From positions 12,277 through 76,276 of the forward strand of contig JBJMKB010000087.1 in assembly GCA_045806045.1 (NCBI GenBank): a stretch of DNA of 64,000 nt, given 5' to 3'. The notes beneath the pieces are model-generated. The model was not told where the DNA came from, did not search any database, and saw only the letters and a program-made list of their open reading frames with translations. This DNA comes from Gaiellaceae bacterium (lineage in GTDB: Bacteria > Actinomycetota > Thermoleophilia > Gaiellales > Gaiellaceae). Below, in pieces: positions 46,531-51,590 of this stretch. The position numbers were made by a program, and so were the translations under genes. Numbering within the stretch: position 1 is the stretch's first letter; each line of letters starts with the position of its first letter.

Positions 46531-47193
46531 GTGAGCGCCCTTCGCCGCCCGGGCCTCCGCTTCGTCGCGGAGGCGGTCGTGATCGTCCTGACGGCGGTCG
46601 TCACCGGGCTCCTGCACGTCGGCGCGCTGGGGATCGGCGGCGCGGTCGCGATCGTCTGGCTGGCGTACGTGGTGATCGAATACTCCCTCGCCCATCCGCG
46701 CGAGCGGAAGCCCGAGCCCGTCCTCGCCGAGCGTCCCGAGGAAGCGGCGCCGCCGTTGCCGGGCACGGAGTCGGTGCGCGTGCTCGACGCTCCGCCCGAG
46801 CTCGTTTCAGAGCCCGAGCCGGTCTCGGACGCCCCACCGGAGCGCGAGCCGGAACCGGAGCCGGAACCTGAACCTGAACCTGAGCCGCCGCCCGAACCGG
46901 AACCCGAGCCCGAGCCGGAGTCCGACACCACCGCCGTGGCAGAGATCGAGCCCGAACCCGAGCCGGAGGCCGAGCCCCCTCCTGAGCCCGAGCCCGAGCC
47001 GGTGGAGGCACAGGAGTGGAACGTGTGGGAGATCGCGCGCGTCCTCCGCCAGCAGGGCGACACGGACGAGGAGCGCGAGCTGCTGCTGATCTACCTGCGC
47101 GACTACGCGAACCCCGACGGTGTCCTGCCGGTCGACTTCGACGCGCTCGTGCGAGAGTCGTTCCCCGACGTGGTCGGGACGCCTGCGGGATGA
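46531..47193 (+). CDS. two-TM membrane protein with (Glu-Pro)n repeats; architecture like the preceding gene
   Basis: 220 aa; N-terminus [18 protein letters not shown] ... [14 protein letters not shown], then [25 protein letters not shown] and [18 protein letters not shown]. Confidence 0.6.
   Translation: MSALRRPGLRFVAEAVVIVLTAVVTGLLHVGALGIGGAVAIVWLAYVVIEYSLAHPRERKPEPVLAERPEEAAPPLPGTESVRVLDAPPELVSEPEPVSDAPPEREPEPEPEPEPEPEPPPEPEPEPEPESDTTAVAEIEPEPEPEAEPPPEPEPEPVEAQEWNVWEIARVLRQQGDTDEERELLLIYLRDYANPDGVLPVDFDALVRESFPDVVGTPAG
46840..47001 (+). repeat. imperfect hexanucleotide (GAR-CCN)n coding repeat, two blocks
   Basis: GAGCCGGAACCGGAGCCGGAACCTGAACCTGAACCTGAGCCG... and GAGCCCGAACCCGAGCCGGAG... 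Confidence 0.8.
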
Positions 47194-47597
47194 GGCCGCG
47201 TCTCGCGCAGCGCGAGGTCGCGCTCGCGGGGCTCGCGCTACTCGCGATCGCCGTCTCGCTCGCCGTGAACGCGCAGACGCGCCAGACGACCCCGACGACG
47301 CCTCAACCGGAAGGCTCCTACGCGGCGCGCGCAGGCTCGAGCGGCCCGGCCGCGTTCGGACGGCGCACAGCCTGCGGCGGCGTGATCAGACCCGACACCG
47401 TCGGCGTCTCGCATCCGACGCTGCCCTGCGGCGCGCGCGTCTTCATCACGTATCGCGGCCAGACGGTGCTGACGCAGGTCGTCGATCGTGGACCGTACGT
47501 TCCCGGCCGGCAATTCGACCTCACGGATGCGCTTGCGCGCCGGCTGGGCCTGCGAAACGTTCAGGAGATTCACTGGTCTTACGCTCGCTCGGGCTAG
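47190..47597 (+). CDS. rlpA: RlpA-like (DPBB) lytic transglycosylase-family protein
   Basis: 135 aa; signal/[21 protein letters not shown] motifs GRRTACGGV ... [14 protein letters not shown] ... VVDRGPY; ATGA overlap with the upstream gene. Confidence 0.8.
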   Translation: MRPRLAQREVALAGLALLAIAVSLAVNAQTRQTTPTTPQPEGSYAARAGSSGPAAFGRRTACGGVIRPDTVGVSHPTLPCGARVFITYRGQTVLTQVVDRGPYVPGRQFDLTDALARRLGLRNVQEIHWSYARSG

Positions 47598-47607
47598 GAA
47601 ACGGCGC

Positions 47608-47613
47608 TACAGT
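47608..47613 (+). promoter_or_regulatory. -10-like TACAGT positioned to start a transcript 2-3 nt before the structured domain
   Basis: TACAGT 47608-47613; a start site 6-8 nt downstream would fall near 47620, and the closing helix starts at 47623. Confidence 0.3.
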
Positions 47614-47619
47614 TTGGGC

Positions 47620-47810
47620 GAGTGCTCGATCTCGTTCGTGCGCTGCGTATCCATGTAGAACCAACACCATGTGAAAGGGAGCCCGCGTCGGGCCTACGTG
47701 CCTCGCACGGACGGTTCGCGTAGCACCCACCTGGCTTGTCCAGGTTCACACGGACGCGGCACAACCGGCGAGATCGGAGCATGGTGAGGGGAGCTTCGGC
47801 TCCCCTCACG
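47620..47810 (+). ncRNA. candidate structured ncRNA (~190 nt); family unknown, strand tentative
   Basis: 12-bp long-range helix 47623-47634 / 47769-47781 (one bulged G) encloses about 135 nt with local helices (47637-47642/47704-47709; 47729-47734/47740-47745). Perfect hairpin GTGAGGGGAGC-TTCG-GCTCCCCTCAC at 47784-47809. No credible ORF. Confidence 0.4.
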
Positions 47811-47812
47811 AC

Positions 47813-47979
47813 TAGAGGCTTGATGTGGATTGGGGTGCTTGTGGGGATGGCTCAGACCAAGCAGGTCGTTCGGGTCGGGCGCAGGGCATAGCGGTGCCTA
47901 CGTTCAAGCCCGACCCGGGCGAGATGCGCCGTGTCTGAGCCACCATCCGCGAGTGCACGAGATCCACATCAAGCCTCTA
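47813..47979. ncRNA. 167-nt rod-shaped hairpin element (6S-like RNA candidate, or a MITE)
   Basis: Perfect 18-bp terminal inverted repeat TAGAGGCTTGATGTGGAT / ATCCACATCAAGCCTCTA. Internal helices 47845-47857/47933-47948 (13 bp, 3-nt bulge) and 47871-47880/47908-47917 (10 bp). Two 13-15 nt internal loops. Confidence 0.4.
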
Positions 47980-47980
47980 C

Positions 47981-47986
47981 TAGTCT
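47981..47986 (+). promoter_or_regulatory. -10-like TAGTCT, 6 nt upstream of the mnmA ATG
   Basis: CTAGTCTGGAACGATG; places the rod element upstream of, not within, a leaderless mnmA mRNA. Confidence 0.35.
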
Positions 47987-47992
47987 GGAACG

Positions 47993-49252
47993 ATGATCGA
48001 GCTCTACGGAGATTCCGCACGTGGGGGAGACTGGGCAGCGGTTCGCCTGCGCGTCGACGGCGAGACGATCGTCGACGCGGACGCGCCCGGCGTCGCCGGC
48101 GATCTCCGCGGCCTGACGCTTTTCGAGGCCGCCGCTGTCGGCGGCGAGACGTTGCCGGTCGACGCGCTCGCGAACGCGCTGGCACCGGCGCTGCAGGCGA
48201 AGCCGGACGACCGACGTGTGGCCGTCGCGATGAGCGGCGGCGTCGACAGCGCTGTCACGCTGCTCAAGGCCAGCGAGCATGCCGTCGGCGTGACGCTGCG
48301 CCTGTGGCTCGACCCCGACGGGCCGGATGCCGAGCGCGCGTGCTGCTCCCCCAGCGCCGTGATCGCGGCGCGCGAGACGTGCCACGCGCGCGGCCTGCCG
48401 CACGTGACGCTCGACCTTCGCGAGGAGTTCCGGCGAGCCGTCGTGACGCCGTTCGTGCGCGGCTACGCGCGTGGCGACACGCCGAATCCGTGCATTCGCT
48501 GCAACGGCGGCTTTCGCTTCGCCGAGCTGCTCTCGTTCGCGAAGCGGGTCGGCGCCGCGCGTCTCGCGACCGGCCACTACGCGCGCATCGTCGAGCGTGA
48601 CGGCAGCCTCTTCCTCGCCCGCGCCCATGACGGATCGAAGGACCAGAGCTACATGCTCGCAACGCTCGAACCGCGCAAGCTCGGACGTCTGTGGTTCCCG
48701 CTCGGCGAGCAGACGAAGGAGCAGACACGTGCGGAGGCCGCGGCTGCTGGACTCGCCGCCGCGACGCGCGCCGACAGCCAGGAGGCGTGCTTTCTCGCCG
48801 GCGACGACTATCGCAACTTCCTCGCGCGCCACGGCGTGCAGGGCGCGCGCGGCCCGGTCGTCGACGAATCAGGTCGCACGCTCGGCGAGCACGACGGACA
48901 CTGGCGCTTCACTCCTGGTCAGCGCCGCGGTCTCGGCATCTCGGCGGCCGAGCCGCTCTACGCCGTCGGCACCGACGCGCGCACGAACACCGTCGTCGTC
49001 GGCCCGCGCTCGTCGCTCGCGCGCACGACGGTTTCGGCACGCGGCCGCCTCTTCGCACATGCCGACCGCGTCAGCGCAAAGCTGCGCTACCGGTCGCCCG
49101 CGGTCGGCGCCGCCGTCGAGCCGACGGCGCACGGTTTCACGCTGCGGCTCGACGAGCCTGCGTTCGGCGTCGCGCGCGGTCAGGCGGCCGTTCTCTACGA
49201 CGGCGACGTCGTCGTCGGCTCCGGCCTGGTGACATCCGCACGCGGCGACTAG
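47993..49252 (+). CDS. mnmA: tRNA 2-thiouridine(34) synthase MnmA with a ~75-aa N-terminal extension
   Basis: PP-loop AMSGGVDSAV at residues 79-88, catalytic Cys context NPCIRCN, MnmA sequence to the C-terminus. Extension has high GC3. A canonical-length start is also possible at GTG 48218. Confidence 0.9.
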   Translation: MIELYGDSARGGDWAAVRLRVDGETIVDADAPGVAGDLRGLTLFEAAAVGGETLPVDALANALAPALQAKPDDRRVAVAMSGGVDSAVTLLKASEHAVGVTLRLWLDPDGPDAERACCSPSAVIAARETCHARGLPHVTLDLREEFRRAVVTPFVRGYARGDTPNPCIRCNGGFRFAELLSFAKRVGAARLATGHYARIVERDGSLFLARAHDGSKDQSYMLATLEPRKLGRLWFPLGEQTKEQTRAEAAAAGLAAATRADSQEACFLAGDDYRNFLARHGVQGARGPVVDESGRTLGEHDGHWRFTPGQRRGLGISAAEPLYAVGTDARTNTVVVGPRSSLARTTVSARGRLFAHADRVSAKLRYRSPAVGAAVEPTAHGFTLRLDEPAFGVARGQAAVLYDGDVVVGSGLVTSARGD

Positions 49253-49255
49253 GCT
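49250..49255 (+). promoter_or_regulatory. -10-like TAGGCT (contains the mnmA stop), 6 nt upstream of ATG 49262
   Basis: GACTAGGCTGACGTCATG. Confidence 0.35.
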
Positions 49256-49261
49256 GACGTC

Positions 49262-49717
49262 ATGATCGTCGCCTTCTCCTTCGGGGATCTCGCCTCGCTC
49301 GCCCTCGCAATTTTCCTGCTCGCGGTGGGTATCGGCCTCGGATGGGCGTTCTTGCGGCTGGCCGTAACTTTCGACCGACTTTCTTCGTTGATTCGTGGGG
49401 CAGAGCAGGAAGTGCTTCCGGTGATCAACAAGGTCGGAGGTTCGGTGGATCGGGTCAATGCACAGCTGGACAAGCTCGACACGGCGACCGACAGCGCGGT
49501 CGACGCGGTGGTCGCCGTCGACGAAGCGGTGCGCTCGGTCAGCTACGCCGTGAAGACGCCGGTGCAGAAGCTTGCCGGGCTGTCAGCCGGCGTCTCGCAC
49601 GGCTGGGCATCGCTCCGCACGCGGCGCAACTGGCGCGAGGCCGTCGACGAGGCGAAGTCCGCGGCGGAGCGGCGCCAGCGGGATCTCGACGAAGAGCTGA
49701 AGGCAACGCATGACTGA
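49262..49717 (+). CDS. DUF948-like membrane-anchored protein
   Basis: 151 aa; N-terminal TM LALAIFLLAVGIGLGWAFL, then helical region typical of DUF948. Confidence 0.6.
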   Translation: MIVAFSFGDLASLALAIFLLAVGIGLGWAFLRLAVTFDRLSSLIRGAEQEVLPVINKVGGSVDRVNAQLDKLDTATDSAVDAVVAVDEAVRSVSYAVKTPVQKLAGLSAGVSHGWASLRTRRNWREAVDEAKSAAERRQRDLDEELKATHD

Positions 49718-50078
49718 CGAGATCACGCTGACGATCCCGCGCGAGCGCGACTTTCATCGTGTCGCGCACCTCGTGCTCGGCGGACTCGCCGTCCGCCTCG
49801 AGCTGACGATCGAGAATCTCGAGGACCTCGAACTCGCGCTCGATGCGATCCTCGACCACTCGGACCCCGAGAGCGGGGAAATCACCGTGCAGATGTCGTT
49901 GCGCGAGGGCGCGCTCGAGACGAGCGTCGGCCCGCTGACGACGAAGGTGCTCGACGAGATCGAACAGGAGCAGAACGGCGCCCTGAGCCTGCGTCGCGTG
50001 CTCGACTCGACGGTCGACGACGTCCACGTCGACGGTCAATTCGTCCATCTCACAAAGAAGGTCTCGGCTCGTGGGTGA
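49710..50078 (+). CDS. RsbW/SpoIIAB-like anti-sigma-factor homologue lacking ATP-binding motifs
   Basis: 122 aa; N-terminus ITLTIPRERDFHRVAHLVLGGLAVRLELTIENLEDLELALDAIL resembles RsbW, but N, G1 and G2 boxes are not recognisable; 8-nt overlaps with both neighbours. Confidence 0.5.
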   Translation: MTDEITLTIPRERDFHRVAHLVLGGLAVRLELTIENLEDLELALDAILDHSDPESGEITVQMSLREGALETSVGPLTTKVLDEIEQEQNGALSLRRVLDSTVDDVHVDGQFVHLTKKVSARG

Positions 50079-50832
50079 GAGCGACAAGGCCCTGCTCCGG
50101 CGCTACCACGAGGAAGGCGACCTCGCCGCCCGTGAGCAGCTGATCGAGCAGTACATGTCGCTCGTGCGCTCGCTGGCCCGGCGATACAGCTATCGCGGCG
50201 AGCAGCTCGACGATCTCGTCCAGATCGGCTCGATCGGGCTGATCAAGGCGATCGACCGCTTCGACCTCTCGCGCGGCGTCGAGCTCACCACCTACGCGAC
50301 CCCGAACATCATCGGCGAGATCAAGCGGCACTTCCGCGATCGGGGCTGGGCCGTTCGCGTCCCGCGAGGCCTCCAGGAGCTGAACGTGCAGCTCTCGAAG
50401 CTCGTCGAGGGGCTGACCGTGCAGCTCGGCAGGTCTCCGACGATCCCCGAGCTCGCAAAGGCGGCGGGCGTCGAGGAGGAAGAGGTGCTCGAGGCGCTCG
50501 AGTCCGGCCGCGCGTACTCGTCGCTCTCGCTCTCGCAGGGGACGGGCTCGGAGGACGGGGAGGACCTCGATCCGCTCGAGTCGCTCGGGGAGGTCGAGCA
50601 CCAGTACGAGGTGTCGGAGGATCGCGCCGTGCTCGCTCCGGGCTTCAAGGTGCTCGACGAGCGCGAGCGGCGCATCCTGCACCTGCGCTTCTTCGAAGGA
50701 TTGACGCAGTCGCAGATCGCCCAGCAGATCGGGATCTCGCAGATGCACGTCTCCCGTCTGATCAGGCGGGCGCTCGAGAAGATCCGCGACGAGATCGCCG
50801 CGGAGGAGCTCGACCCCGACCGCGCCGCCTGA
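50071..50832 (+). CDS. SigB/SigF-type (group 3) RNA polymerase sigma factor
   Basis: 253 aa; DLVQIGSIGLIKAIDRFD, YATPNIIGEIKRHFRD, HTH TQSQIAQQIGISQMHVSRLIRRAL. Confidence 0.9.
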   Translation: MGESDKALLRRYHEEGDLAAREQLIEQYMSLVRSLARRYSYRGEQLDDLVQIGSIGLIKAIDRFDLSRGVELTTYATPNIIGEIKRHFRDRGWAVRVPRGLQELNVQLSKLVEGLTVQLGRSPTIPELAKAAGVEEEEVLEALESGRAYSSLSLSQGTGSEDGEDLDPLESLGEVEHQYEVSEDRAVLAPGFKVLDERERRILHLRFFEGLTQSQIAQQIGISQMHVSRLIRRALEKIRDEIAAEELDPDRAA

Positions 50833-50875
50833 TTCGGCTTTTCGATCGGTCGAGCTCGGCGCCGCCCCGGCTGCG

Positions 50876-50881
50876 TAGGCT
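50876..50881 (+). promoter_or_regulatory. -10-like TAGGCT, 6 nt upstream of ATG 50888
   Basis: GCGTAGGCTCGGCCGATG. Confidence 0.35.
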
Positions 50882-50887
50882 CGGCCG

Positions 50888-51562
50888 ATGTACGTCCACG
50901 AATGGGGAAGGCGCGACGACGTGCCGCTCGTCTTCTGGCACGCGCTCGGCGCGGATGCATCCGGCGCAGAGCTCCGCGAGGTCGCGCCTGTGCTCGCCGA
51001 CGCCGGCTTCCACGTGCTCGCTGTCGACGGGCCTGGCTTCGGCCGTTCGCCCGCGCTGTCGGCGGAGCGCTACCGACTCGCCGCGCTCGCCGAGCTGCTG
51101 GGCGAGCTGATCGACGAACGCGAGTTCGAGCGGCCGGTGCTGATGGGCCATTCGTGGGGCGGCGCGATCGTCGTGAAGTACGCCGGTGCGCGCCCGGACG
51201 ACGTGCGCGCGCTCGTGTTGCTCGACAGCGGCCACATCGACTACGGAGCGCTGCCCGGGACGGCGGCGCAGCTTGCAGCGTCACCACCGTCCGACGCAGG
51301 CTCGATGGCGCGCCACGGTCTGGCCGACCCGGTCAGCGACGCGTGGCCGGCGATCGCTGCGCACGAGATCCCGACACTGCTCTTCCTCGCCACGCTGCCG
51401 CCGCACGTCGACCAGAACCGCGAGCACATCGGTCGCTTCGAGTCGGCGATCCCGCACGCCGATGTCCGTTGGCCCGCGAACGCGGGTCACGGTCTCCTCG
51501 CCGACATCGGGCCGCCGCTCGGCGACGAAATCGCCGGTTGGCTCGTCGAGCAAGGGCTCTAA
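50888..51562 (+). CDS. alpha/beta-fold hydrolase
   Basis: 224 aa; nucleophile elbow GHSWGG, C-terminal His context NAGHGLL. Confidence 0.8.
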   Translation: MYVHEWGRRDDVPLVFWHALGADASGAELREVAPVLADAGFHVLAVDGPGFGRSPALSAERYRLAALAELLGELIDEREFERPVLMGHSWGGAIVVKYAGARPDDVRALVLLDSGHIDYGALPGTAAQLAASPPSDAGSMARHGLADPVSDAWPAIAAHEIPTLLFLATLPPHVDQNREHIGRFESAIPHADVRWPANAGHGLLADIGPPLGDEIAGWLVEQGL

Positions 51563-51590
51563 CCCGACCCTCCGTACACTGTCCGTCGCC

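Noticed and set aside
46840-47001. Tandem repeats considered as a possible CRISPR array
   Set aside because: The units are 6 nt, in frame and coding, with no spacers and no cas genes. I saw no repeat-spacer architecture anywhere in the window.
46524-47063. 179-aa minus-strand ORF rich in GSGSGS repeats
   Set aside because: It is the antisense reading of the (Glu-Pro)n hexanucleotide repeat in gene 46531-47193. The sense gene has TM helices, a coupled start and operon context.
47598-47992. Possibility that the structured spacer is RNase P RNA, tmRNA, SRP RNA, a T-box or a known riboswitch (TPP, cobalamin, c-di-AMP, guanidine/ykkC, SAM, glycine)
   Set aside because: The size (~395 nt) and a GUGAAAGGG / ACAACCGGC resemblance suggested RNase P, but the universal GAGGAAAGUCC P4 sequence is absent on both strands. 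There is no tRNA-like 3' end or tag ORF (tmRNA) and no GGAAG...AGCAGC motif (SRP). A GGUGGGUGCUACGCG string on the minus strand resembles a T-box, but no gene lies downstream on that strand. The other riboswitch cores were not found. This was checked by eye only and needs cmscan.
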